Shown: positions 47,133 to 56,481 of the stretch, one piece after another | Layout of the letters: the number at the start of each line of letters is the position of its first letter | How positions within the stretch are numbered: the stretch's first letter is position 1 | Origin: a virus | Taxonomy: Duplodnaviria > Caudoviricetes | DNA length: 64,000 nt | Reading direction: 5' to 3' (one strand) | Virus record (IMG/VR): IMGVR_UViG_3300017909_004705 | Notes under the pieces: model-generated | Seen by the model: the letters and a program-made list of their open reading frames with translations, nothing else | Told to the model about the DNA's origin: nothing | Database searches by the model: none | Made by a program: the position numbers and the translations under genes

Positions 47133-48463
47133 CAGTCTAATATCCTTTTATCTCTTTTCAAAATATGTGTGATATCTTGTTTTCTTATTTTGTCAAGATA
47201 CAGTTGTCTTAATTTTCCCTTTTTTGTTGGGGTAAATGTTTCTCTTGTCTTTAAATTTTTAATCACATCGATCAATGCCCTTTGTTTGTGCGTGGCCTTT
47301 GGCTCCATGTATTCCAATGCTTCATCAATAATTGTGTGTAGTAAATCTTTTGGCAGTGACAATGGACTTAAAATTTCGTCATTGCTAAAAGTAAACATGA
47401 CTTTTGTCAAAACTTCAGTGTTCAACTCTTGACTTAGGTCAAACATATTTTGTAACTCTAATAGTCCAGGCATTGTGATAGTATAATCCAATCTCATTTG
47501 TCTAGAGTGAGTTGATACTGATAAACCTTCTTTGAAATTACGCAACCACTGTGTGTAATCTAGTCCGTCTCTGATATATTCTGCAACTTCGCCGGTGCCG
47601 TCCATAGACGCACACACCTGCCAATCATTAAAATATTTCAAAATGTCAAAAAGATTGGAGTTTCTAAAAGAGGTTCTGCTTAAATTAGTATTGTATCTAA
47701 CATACACTTCGTCAGCAAATCCAAGTTCTATTATCCTTTCCATTGCTTTCCAATGCATATCCCACATCAGTGGTTCCCCTCCACACCAATAAATTTCTCT
47801 TATTTGTTTTGTTTCGATTGAATCTACAAACTCTTGTACAATTTGCTTATCTTGAAACTTTTGTATCTGTTCTCGTAAAGGAGATGCCATCCAAGGCTGT
47901 GACTCTTTGCTCCAGGTTTTGTTCTTCCTGGATTCTGCTTCCCAACTTGAACTTAACATATCACCACACATCCTACATTTAAAATTGCATAAGTTATTGA
48001 ACCTATAATCAAAACTTATAGTTGGCATAGTAGTAGCACCCGTATCATCGGTTTTTGCAAACGCTTCATCAATCCTGTCTGCGAACAATTTATTCCAATA
48101 CGATCTATAAACATCTGTGTTCAAAAGTTTATGATCACACACTTGACATTCGGGTAATTCTTCCCCTGCCATCATACGCAGTCTAACAGATCGCATGTGA
48201 TCTGAATTCCAGTGTTCTTTTAGCGTAAGAGGTTTGTATTCTTTTGCATTATTTCCTGTATCTATGTACTGTTTGAAACTTTGGGCAGGCTCTCTTGATG
48301 CACAACACATACGCCTCTCGGTCTGTGGTGACAAGTAAGTGTGCGTCCATGGAGCCATACAAAATGTCTTGTTTCCATCCTTTGGCTTGACACGTTTTGA
48401 CACTTTAGCCACCTCTCCGTTCCTTGGCCATCTCTCATCCGCTGTTGGAAATCTATCCGGCAT
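47117..48463 (-). CDS. Twitch-domain radical SAM protein
   Basis: CMAPW..MCC..CQVC; CNFKCRMC; GGEP. Confidence 0.88.
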   Translation of the reverse strand: MPDRFPTADERWPRNGEVAKVSKRVKPKDGNKTFCMAPWTHTYLSPQTERRMCCASREPAQSFKQYIDTGNNAKEYKPLTLKEHWNSDHMRSVRLRMMAGEELPECQVCDHKLLNTDVYRSYWNKLFADRIDEAFAKTDDTGATTMPTISFDYRFNNLCNFKCRMCGDMLSSSWEAESRKNKTWSKESQPWMASPLREQIQKFQDKQIVQEFVDSIETKQIREIYWCGGEPLMWDMHWKAMERIIELGFADEVYVRYNTNLSRTSFRNSNLFDILKYFNDWQVCASMDGTGEVAEYIRDGLDYTQWLRNFKEGLSVSTHSRQMRLDYTITMPGLLELQNMFDLSQELNTEVLTKVMFTFSNDEILSPLSLPKDLLHTIIDEALEYMEPKATHKQRALIDVIKNLKTRETFTPTKKGKLRQLYLDKIRKQDITHILKRDKRILDWWKSI

Positions 48464-49733
48464 ACAACTCCTTTAATTCAGGAAACACTTCTGTAATGTT
48501 TTCATTTCTTATCACATCTAATTTTTGCATACTGTCTTTAAATTGTTGCAGGTCCTTTGAATTATCTCTCCTCATCATGTAGTCTAGTCCAGACTCGAAG
48601 CCTTTTGTTGCACGAGTTAGATGATCTTTTGGACGTAACCACTCCAAGTGTTTTTCATATTTTTCTTTTACTTTCAGTTTGTATGAATCAGGCAACAGAT
48701 CTATCCTTTGTGGATATGGATACTGCAAAAGATTAAAATTAAAATCTTGTGGTTTAAGTAGTCCTTGATCAACCCAATTCCTATGGAAGTCAGGTATATG
48801 TAAGGCATTGATTAATCCTACTGTTGAACTGATGTAGAAATCAACTTGTGGACAAACTTCCAACATCCTTTTCCTGTTTGCAACAATGTCTTCCCATACT
48901 GTACCTTTACGCATTAATTCTCCACGTTTGCCTTCAGCATCTAGGCTGGCACCTATAGATACTGAATCAAATTTATTCCATAATTCTAAAACATCAATGT
49001 CCTTGTATTTTGTCCTTGTAAAATTAGTATTGTAAATTAGTCTCACATGATACATTTTTCTTTTATCTAATTCTTTCAATATCCTGTAGTGTTCTTCCAT
49101 TATAATTGGCTCACCACCAGCAAAATAAAATTGTTCCACATGTTCAAACTGATCTAACATCTGTTCCCATATGTCATTGCTACTTCTTCCAACTTTCATT
49201 ACCTTGGCGTGATTAGGCGGAGCACCAGTGAGTTTTTTGTGATCTTCGTACCAATTCGAACTAAACCATGTGCCGCAACTTCTACATGCTAGGTTACAAA
49301 GGTTACTGAACCTTATGTCCCAATATTTGATTACAAAATCTGCTTCACCTTCTGGTGTGGTGTTGTCCACCATGCCTATGTTATGCCCAAAATGTTTGTT
49401 AGAACTCAAACGCAAACTGAAAAAACCAGATTTTTCCTGGTCATAACATTTTCCACAATGTTTGCTCGCCTTGTTTGACAGCATATTTTTTCTTATGCCT
49501 TTCATGGTATCATTGTTGAACACTTCCGCCATGCTATTTTTATTAAGGTCACCAACAGGATATTTGTCCAAAGCAAAACAACACGGATACGCCCTGCCGT
49601 CCGGAAACGCATGTATGTGCAACCAAGGCATCATGCAGAAAGTTTCACTGTCGATCAACAACTCCTTTTGGCGAGGAGTCATGTCCTTAATCTTTAACTT
49701 CTCGGGCTCCTTGGCCCCGTAATCATATGCCAC
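48453..49733 (-). CDS. Twitch-domain radical SAM protein
   Basis: CMMPW..PCC..CGKC; CNLACRSC; AGGEP. Confidence 0.88.
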   Translation of the reverse strand: MAYDYGAKEPEKLKIKDMTPRQKELLIDSETFCMMPWLHIHAFPDGRAYPCCFALDKYPVGDLNKNSMAEVFNNDTMKGIRKNMLSNKASKHCGKCYDQEKSGFFSLRLSSNKHFGHNIGMVDNTTPEGEADFVIKYWDIRFSNLCNLACRSCGTWFSSNWYEDHKKLTGAPPNHAKVMKVGRSSNDIWEQMLDQFEHVEQFYFAGGEPIIMEEHYRILKELDKRKMYHVRLIYNTNFTRTKYKDIDVLELWNKFDSVSIGASLDAEGKRGELMRKGTVWEDIVANRKRMLEVCPQVDFYISSTVGLINALHIPDFHRNWVDQGLLKPQDFNFNLLQYPYPQRIDLLPDSYKLKVKEKYEKHLEWLRPKDHLTRATKGFESGLDYMMRRDNSKDLQQFKDSMQKLDVIRNENITEVFPELKELYAG

Positions 49734-51066
49734 GGTACCATTCTCCTATGATTGGGAAAGTCTTTTCAAAGTCCTTTCCTGTTCGTTTGTCGTATTGGCT
49801 ATAAAACGCCTTGAAATCTTTTTGCAGTTTGCTTTGTTCGGCCGCTCCTGCGTGTGGTGTTTTTACAACATCAAGGTAGTCAATCAGCCTTTGTGTTTGA
49901 TTGATTTCCATGTGTTCTAAATACTTTTCGTTACTATTTAAAAACTTTACCAAGTCCAATTTAAATTTATTTCTTAGGTCGTCTGGTAGGACAAGCGGTG
50001 ATTGGAAACTAGGAAACCTCAAAATATTAAGTGTGTAATTTATTGTCGGACCGTACACCTTACTTGCATTTTTAAACCATACAATTTTCTCTAAAAACTC
50101 CGGCAATGATTCAAGGCACAATGCATTTATTGTTGCCATGTTGTGTATTTCAGATGGCACCTTATCTACCATCATATGTAAAACTTGGCTATGCCAATCA
50201 CCATAATTTAATCCATCTCTGATGTATTCAGCCTGCCCAAACGTTGCTTCACAACTAGTGTATAAGTGAAAATTTTTAAAGTTTTTTAATTTTGTTTTAA
50301 ATCTATCAATAATACTTTGCTTCGCTCCTAAATTAGAATTGATTGCGATACGCATGTTTGGATTCATTTTATCACCTTGCGTTTCAATCCAATCTAACAA
50401 TCGCCATAAGTTTGGTGACATCATTGGCTCACCACCCGTGATTCTAAGTTCATCTAAACTCTTGTGCAGGTCAGTTTCCCACCATTTGTAAAATGCTTCT
50501 ACATAAGGATTGGTTTCATCTTTCTTGTATGGTTCTGCACTCTCATGACTGTGAGTATAATGGTTTCTTCCGTCTGACGTGAGTCCTGTGTATGGTCCTT
50601 GTTGTTTTATATTGTTTGCCCATGTAGAACTAAATGCAGGATTGCAATAGGTACAGGCAAACTGACAGGTCCTGTCAAATGCTATTTCTAAAGTTTTAAG
50701 ATTCCAATCAATGTTATGGTCTGATCTGTGTGCCTCATCTAAGGCCGCATCTGAAAATATTCTTGATTTATAAACCCTATCACTGATTGCGTCCCTGCCT
50801 ATGTCTTCTATCTTCCAGCAGTATTCACAACCTGCAGGCCTTTCGCCACACTGCATTTGCCTACGTTGTTCTTTCTTTTGTTTTGTGTTGTGGATTGCAC
50901 TTGGATTTTTCTTAATTTCTTCGAGATCAATCTTATGCGGCAATGGGTGGTGGCAACTTGTGGTCATTCCTGATCCCAACCATATTGTTGCATTGAACCA
51001 TTTGGCTCCACAGAAACTGGCACTCTTTGTATCTAGTATTTTTTTCTTGTATTCTAAATCGTTCAT
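49723..51066 (-). CDS. Twitch-domain radical SAM protein
   Basis: CGAKW..SCHHP..CEYCW; CQFACTYC; TGGEP; start reassigned. Confidence 0.88.
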   Translation of the reverse strand: MNDLEYKKKILDTKSASFCGAKWFNATIWLGSGMTTSCHHPLPHKIDLEEIKKNPSAIHNTKQKKEQRRQMQCGERPAGCEYCWKIEDIGRDAISDRVYKSRIFSDAALDEAHRSDHNIDWNLKTLEIAFDRTCQFACTYCNPAFSSTWANNIKQQGPYTGLTSDGRNHYTHSHESAEPYKKDETNPYVEAFYKWWETDLHKSLDELRITGGEPMMSPNLWRLLDWIETQGDKMNPNMRIAINSNLGAKQSIIDRFKTKLKNFKNFHLYTSCEATFGQAEYIRDGLNYGDWHSQVLHMMVDKVPSEIHNMATINALCLESLPEFLEKIVWFKNASKVYGPTINYTLNILRFPSFQSPLVLPDDLRNKFKLDLVKFLNSNEKYLEHMEINQTQRLIDYLDVVKTPHAGAAEQSKLQKDFKAFYSQYDKRTGKDFEKTFPIIGEWYRGI

Positions 51067-52433
51067 GCCGATCTGCACTCCTCCCAGAATTCTTCCATCT
51101 CAGGAAATGTGTTCAAGAACCTTGTCAAACGTCTGCGGTCGTGTTCATTAAAAAAAGCGTAAAAGTTTTTTTTATTTTGCGTACTTGCGTCCGCGTTTTC
51201 GCGCCAGTATGCGAGGTTCCTCTGCATCTTCTGGATCTCAAAGTCCTTGAATATGTGTAGGCCATTCTCTTCGCCGGCGTTGTTCTGCATGTATTCTATG
51301 TTGGCCTCGTGTATTGCCTGATAACTCTCTGGTAACATCGTTATCTGTTGCCAGGCAGGTTGTCTTAGAAGTGGCACGTCGAACCATACCCTCTGGTATG
51401 TCTTGCTGTAGGCCTTCCTAAGGTCTATTATCTTCTGCAACAGTTTGTCCATGCTGGTGATACTGAGGTTGTTGTAGGTGCATATGAAGGTTATGCTGTT
51501 ACGACTAGGAATCCTGTCCAAGAACTCCTCGACATTGTCCATCATGTAGTTGAAGTCCAAACCGTCACGTATGTATTCCGCACGTTTGCCCCATGCGTCC
51601 ACACTGACAAATTGCATCATGTGTTCAACTTTCTTCTGCATACATATCTCCTGGGCCATGTTGAAGTACTTCTCTTTTAGTTTCTTGTCTGGCGGACACA
51701 TGTTGCTGGTAACATTGAGGTGAAGGTCATCCTTGGGATGGTCTATGATGTACTGGAAGACCTTGTACGTGTTCTTGTCCATCATTGGCTCTCCTCCGGT
51801 CATGCGGAAGTGTTTAAGGTTGTTGTACAGCGTGGGCCACCATTTCCAGAACGCCGTCACGTAGGGATTTTCCTCCCTGTGTGGTATGGGCCTTCTACTG
51901 CCCTGGAAGTGCTCTGGAGCGTTGTGGGGTGGAGATGTTGGATATTGGCCATACCTTTCGATCTCCTTGCCCCACGTTGTTGAGAACTGTGGAGAACAAT
52001 AACTGCACTTGAAGTTACAAGCGTTGTTGAAGTTAACCTCCACGTACCTCGGTGTCCAACTTGTCGTCATTGGATTCTGTCTAATCTGCTCGAAGTCCTG
52101 CATGGCCCATGGCTCACCGGAACGGTAGTGCCTGTCTGACATCTCTCCCGTGTCCTCCATCTTCCAGCAGTACGAACATCCATCGGGACGTTCGCCTCGT
52201 AGCATCTTGAATCTTTGGTCCAGTTTTTCAACTGTGTTGTGCAGTGCCGCTGGATTCTTCTCCAGTTGCCTTGCGTCTATTTTGTGCAATGGTGGGTGGT
52301 AGCACGAATTGGTCATCCCTGTGGGCAGGTGCAGTGAGGTCTGATTCCACTTCGCCAGGCACATCGTGGGAGACACTGTGTTCAATTTCTCCCTGGCCTT
52401 AAGTGCGTCTGCTTTGTAATCACTTGTACTCAC
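51063..52433 (-). CDS. Twitch-domain radical SAM protein
   Basis: CLAKW..SCYHP..CSYCW; CNFKCSYC; TGGEP; probable GTG start. Confidence 0.88.
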   Translation of the reverse strand: MSTSDYKADALKAREKLNTVSPTMCLAKWNQTSLHLPTGMTNSCYHPPLHKIDARQLEKNPAALHNTVEKLDQRFKMLRGERPDGCSYCWKMEDTGEMSDRHYRSGEPWAMQDFEQIRQNPMTTSWTPRYVEVNFNNACNFKCSYCSPQFSTTWGKEIERYGQYPTSPPHNAPEHFQGSRRPIPHREENPYVTAFWKWWPTLYNNLKHFRMTGGEPMMDKNTYKVFQYIIDHPKDDLHLNVTSNMCPPDKKLKEKYFNMAQEICMQKKVEHMMQFVSVDAWGKRAEYIRDGLDFNYMMDNVEEFLDRIPSRNSITFICTYNNLSITSMDKLLQKIIDLRKAYSKTYQRVWFDVPLLRQPAWQQITMLPESYQAIHEANIEYMQNNAGEENGLHIFKDFEIQKMQRNLAYWRENADASTQNKKNFYAFFNEHDRRRLTRFLNTFPEMEEFWEECRSA

Positions 52434-53319
52434 GGTCTTGCACTCCTGTGTTTTTGTGTGGTGGATAGATGTATTTGATGAACCTGCTCTGGTACTCGTC
52501 CAGTTCGGCCACGGGCAGGTCAATCCTCTGTCTTATGCTTTCTCCATACAGTCTTAGATCCTCGTCGATGTTATCTGGTTTCACTGAATTCTCATATAGG
52601 TCGATCATCTTGTCGAGATCCCTAACCTGTATCCATTCGTTGGAGTCCACTGTGGTGCTGTAGCAACCCATCCTTGCCCCCAGCATTGCATACTTGCCAT
52701 TGTCCACATCGGCTCCCACTGTCATCCATGTGCTGAGTATCCTCAAGTTAGGACCCCATATCTTTTTCATAAATTCGTCTGGTCGGATGTGTTCACCCTG
52801 GTTGAGACTCATCTTGACTCCTTCCCTATATCCTGCTATCCAGGCCTGGAAAGGTTCACTGTTGATCACACTCGTTGAATAACAGTTGTGCAAGTTTTCA
52901 TGCTTCACTGTCCAGCAAAAATCTATCTCCGCTTTTTTGTCTTTTGCATTTTCATGTGTGTGCATGTTAAGGCAAGTTTCTTTGTCCCAGCCAACCAATC
53001 CGCCATTTCCATACACCAGTCCATTGATTATGTTCTTTGCCCGCCACCTGTGTACTGCTTTCCTGTCTGTCTTTTCGAAGTCCAGTGTCTGTAAAAGGAA
53101 TCGTTCGTCGATGATGTTGTCACCATCAACACTTATGAAGAAATCGGTCTCTGAAATTTCTGCCGCGGCCTTGTGTGCAGAATCAAAACCTTTTACACCG
53201 TCAACACGTTTTGCCCATGGAACCTTGTTTTTTAGGTCAGCCCAATTTTCTTCTTTGTTGGGTTCCATGTAACTGATGTAAACAAAATCTAGGTCTGTTA
53301 CTCGGATTTTATCTGCCAT
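52420..53319 (-). CDS. GT-A fold glycosyltransferase
   Basis: ISYMEPN, RVDGVKGFDSAHKAAA, SVDGDN (DxD) and NGLVYGNGG motifs. Confidence 0.7.
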   Translation of the reverse strand: MADKIRVTDLDFVYISYMEPNKEENWADLKNKVPWAKRVDGVKGFDSAHKAAAEISETDFFISVDGDNIIDERFLLQTLDFEKTDRKAVHRWRAKNIINGLVYGNGGLVGWDKETCLNMHTHENAKDKKAEIDFCWTVKHENLHNCYSTSVINSEPFQAWIAGYREGVKMSLNQGEHIRPDEFMKKIWGPNLRILSTWMTVGADVDNGKYAMLGARMGCYSTTVDSNEWIQVRDLDKMIDLYENSVKPDNIDEDLRLYGESIRQRIDLPVAELDEYQSRFIKYIYPPHKNTGVQDREYK

Positions 53320-53600
53320 TGGTATCCTTTCTCTGCCACGTCCTCTATCCAGTATGGATCACCTTCATGGAAATGTGCTCCAACATCTGCCTTAACCAAT
53401 ACTTTGCACTTGACTTTAGTTTTTTTTCTTGGTCTGAGAACTATGTTTCCATCTTTGAGCATGAATGCTGACTCCCCAGAACGCATTATCTCCAATTTCT
53501 TTTCAAGGCTTACTTCTATGCTCTGTCCATCTACGGTGACCATGTGCCTCTTTTTCTTTGGCGGCGGCATGTCTGCAAGTGCTCTAAGAAGTGGATCCAT
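53298..53600 (-). CDS. Hypothetical protein
   Basis: 100-aa ORF within the operon. Confidence 0.5.
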   Translation of the reverse strand: MDPLLRALADMPPPKKKRHMVTVDGQSIEVSLEKKLEIMRSGESAFMLKDGNIVLRPRKKTKVKCKVLVKADVGAHFHEGDPYWIEDVAEKGYQWQIKSE

Positions 53601-54384
53601 TCAATTCTCCTACTAATTTCTTGTTGTGATAATGCACTATCCTGCTTTGCCTATAGCCTCCCATGTATAGTCTGTGTCCCACCTTGAGAGGGTAAAGGAA
53701 ATTGTCGTTGTCGAATTGCTGTCCTATGCCATTGATGTGCTGTTTGTTGTGCATGAACTTGAACCATTCATAATCAATTTTGCCATTTTGTAAAGGATCC
53801 TGTATTTTGTTTGCCAATGCATACACCACATCTGTGGTAGGCTGTTCGTCATGGCAGTTCACAAGTACTTTTTCTTTTACAGTCTTCCAATCTTTTATTA
53901 TAGTTTCACAGATGTCATAGAACTGTTTTGCCTTGACGCTCCTTCTAAAATAATGTAGACCATTGTACACATCAGGCAATCTGTTTCTCTCAAACAACTT
54001 CCTATAGAAACTGCTTACTATTACCCTGTCCTGATAGTTCCTACAATTATATGAGAACACTTGATCATGTTGCCAAAGGAAATTCCACCACCAGTCTGTG
54101 TTTTGTGTGAACAACATGTCCGCCTCAAGTTTGATTGTGTGAGTGAACGGTGTCAATGCAAACACCTTGTATTCATTGTTTAGTTTCCATTCCTGTCCTG
54201 CACTGTCATCTTCTTTGAGAACTTTGACAAAATCAAACAGTTCATCCTCCAGAGGTTTGTCAGTGATCACGCAAACCTTGTTATGCCGATTTACTTCCTT
54301 GATACTTTTGGCCAGTGTTCTGCTGAGTGCAACATAGTCCGTGGTTGAGTTGTTCAACGCAAACCAAACATATCCCCTATCCAT
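53584..54384 (-). CDS. GT-A (GT8-like) glycosyltransferase
   Basis: DYVALS..LAKSIK, TPFTHTIKLEADML, PTTDVVYALA and HYHNK motifs. Confidence 0.7.
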   Translation of the reverse strand: MDRGYVWFALNNSTTDYVALSRTLAKSIKEVNRHNKVCVITDKPLEDELFDFVKVLKEDDSAGQEWKLNNEYKVFALTPFTHTIKLEADMLFTQNTDWWWNFLWQHDQVFSYNCRNYQDRVIVSSFYRKLFERNRLPDVYNGLHYFRRSVKAKQFYDICETIIKDWKTVKEKVLVNCHDEQPTTDVVYALANKIQDPLQNGKIDYEWFKFMHNKQHINGIGQQFDNDNFLYPLKVGHRLYMGGYRQSRIVHYHNKKLVGELNGSTS

Positions 54385-55129
54385 TGCACCACTCCTTGTC
54401 CATTATGTGTACGTCCAATCCAGATGTTAAATTGACTTTGTTGCCGTGTTTGAAAATTATACCATCGTCATCACTGTCCAGAACGTCAACGCTGTCAGCC
54501 AACATGCTCATAGGCGTTGGTATCCTATCTCCCAGGTTCAACTGATGCAGTGCTATTGCGAACGCATAGTCATTCCTGTAATTCTCATAACGAATCCTGT
54601 AAAGGTTCTTGTAGTGTGTATAATACTGTTGCACGTGTTTGATCAATTCAAATATCTGTTTAGTTTTCTCTGTTTTACGGAATAGAGTCACCGTCGCCCA
54701 AACCAAAGGCAGAGTGCTTTCATCCTTGCCCTCTATCATGTTTTGCCCTGTGAGATCCTTAACACGATCATGCAACATCATGTCAAATTTAGTATTTGCA
54801 AGTTCAAGTAGAGTTGAAGAGAAAACAAAGTAGTCACAGTCCATCAGTATGGTTGTGTCGTAGGGAGAATGTTCGTATGCAAGAGCACGTTCTTTGTTGT
54901 ACCATGCAACATTTTTTCCCCTGTATGTTCTCTTATTTGTTGTCTTTGCGTCCACCAACTTATAGTTGATCATGCCCATAGGTTTGAATTTCTTAAATGT
55001 CTCTAAATTTGTTACTATCGTAATTTCTAGTTGTAGATACTTTTTGATTTGTGCCACACAACGCTCAGCCAACTTGTGATATTGTGTGTCAGGATTGTCG
55101 AAACAATATATTAGGACCCCAGTCGTCAT
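54377..55129 (-). CDS. GT-A glycosyltransferase
   Basis: SPYDTTILMDCDY, WATV..F.K and YRNDYAFAIA motifs. Confidence 0.7.
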   Translation of the reverse strand: MTTGVLIYCFDNPDTQYHKLAERCVAQIKKYLQLEITIVTNLETFKKFKPMGMINYKLVDAKTTNKRTYRGKNVAWYNKERALAYEHSPYDTTILMDCDYFVFSSTLLELANTKFDMMLHDRVKDLTGQNMIEGKDESTLPLVWATVTLFRKTEKTKQIFELIKHVQQYYTHYKNLYRIRYENYRNDYAFAIALHQLNLGDRIPTPMSMLADSVDVLDSDDDGIIFKHGNKVNLTSGLDVHIMDKEWCNG

Positions 55130-55446
55130 TATCTTCCCTTAGTTGAGAGATCTTGATGCAGTCGGTGATATGCGTTCAGTGTTTCCTGGTTCCTTTGTAT
55201 CAATCTTCGTAGGAAATCATCCGGGTCTTGTATGTGACAAGGATTGTCGTTCACGTCCAACACAAAAAAATCTTTGTTATGTTGCTTCATTGTGCTTACA
55301 AGATTTATGGTGTCAGCGTTAGCCTTAAAAAGCCTTTCGTTGTAAGCCATCAACTGTCGAGAACGCATCTTTTCCAGTGCGTTGTCCTTAGCCTGTGCGA
55401 CTTCAAAGTTAAGGTCCGAGTGTTTCTTAATATTGCCAATATCCAT
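55129..55446 (-). CDS. Hypothetical protein, first gene of the modification operon
   Basis: 105 aa; LDVNDNP motif. Confidence 0.6.
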   Translation of the reverse strand: MDIGNIKKHSDLNFEVAQAKDNALEKMRSRQLMAYNERLFKANADTINLVSTMKQHNKDFFVLDVNDNPCHIQDPDDFLRRLIQRNQETLNAYHRLHQDLSTKGR

Positions 55447-55454
55447 ATAACTGT

Positions 55455-55483
55455 ATTATACAGTTAATTATTGCTGAATGCAA
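55455..55483 (-). promoter_or_regulatory. Sigma70-type promoter with embedded TAATTA
   Basis: On the reverse strand, TTGCAT-N17-TATAAT with a TG extension, 8 nt before ATG 55446. Confidence 0.7.
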
Positions 55484-55499
55484 TATGGAAAATAATTTA

Positions 55500-56477
55500 T
55501 TATGCTGTAGTGTTGGACTCTATCGCACTTGCTGATATTGTAGCAACGGAACCTAGACCCTGGTCCGTCGTTGGGTTTACAGTGTGCAATGCCCAGTCTG
55601 TCGTACCAATGAAGTTTGCGAACTGGTCCACACCTGAAGTGTTACCATCTGTGAACTCTGAGTCTCCTGAGTCAGCGTCAATCACTGAACACTTGATTGT
55701 TACCTTTGTAGCATCGCCATAAGTGGCGTTGTCCACTTTGCCTTCTATCTTTAGATCCATGGTTGTGTAGGTTCCACTGGATTGTCTAATTACAGCAATA
55801 GTTACGTATGATGTGCCGAAGTCATCTACTCCGTTTGCGAGACCATCAGTCTGTAGTGTCTCACCTGAACCTGATCTTGTTGATACCTGTGCGCCGATGT
55901 CAAAGTTGCCCAGTGCCGTGATCAACTCGTCAACTGAAGCATCCTTTGATGTGGCGGAACCACCACCGTTGCCTGTTCTGGTCAATTTAATTCTTATCTT
56001 ACCACCTGCGTTGAAGAAATGTCTTAAGTCATTGCCGTTTGCAAAACTTACTGAATGTTCAACCACGTGTGAACCAGCGTATCTTGTTCCTGATGCCGCA
56101 CTTCTAAGTTCTGAACTTTCAGATACTGCTGTGGCATTAACACAACCACCCGCGACTGATGCCGATAGAGTTGCCAGGTCCGTGGCTACAGCGGCTTTGA
56201 TCTTTATTGGATCTCCTGCTGTTACCTGTCCCCTTGCTGTCATTGAATCGTTTGTGTGGTTGGCAATGTTGTCAATCCCTGCTAGAAGTGAATTCCAACT
56301 GGCCGCTTTGATAAGATTAGAATCTGAAGCACTTACCTGTGCTAACTCTGTTTGGCCCAGTCCTTGATTGCCTGATCCTGTGCCGGCAATGTGATTGTAA
56401 CCAAATGGAGAACTTGAACTCGCAACAAATACGTTGTATTCATCGTCTTTGATGGTTTCGCCTGCTACATATCCCAT
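55500..56477 (-). CDS. Virion structural protein (tail/baseplate-associated)
   Basis: Ser/Thr/Gly-rich; G.GQ and RHFFNAGGKIR segments; adjacent to tail proteins. Confidence 0.6.
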   Translation of the reverse strand: MGYVAGETIKDDEYNVFVASSSSPFGYNHIAGTGSGNQGLGQTELAQVSASDSNLIKAASWNSLLAGIDNIANHTNDSMTARGQVTAGDPIKIKAAVATDLATLSASVAGGCVNATAVSESSELRSAASGTRYAGSHVVEHSVSFANGNDLRHFFNAGGKIRIKLTRTGNGGGSATSKDASVDELITALGNFDIGAQVSTRSGSGETLQTDGLANGVDDFGTSYVTIAVIRQSSGTYTTMDLKIEGKVDNATYGDATKVTIKCSVIDADSGDSEFTDGNTSGVDQFANFIGTTDWALHTVNPTTDQGLGSVATISASAIESNTTA

Positions 56478-56481
56478 AATT

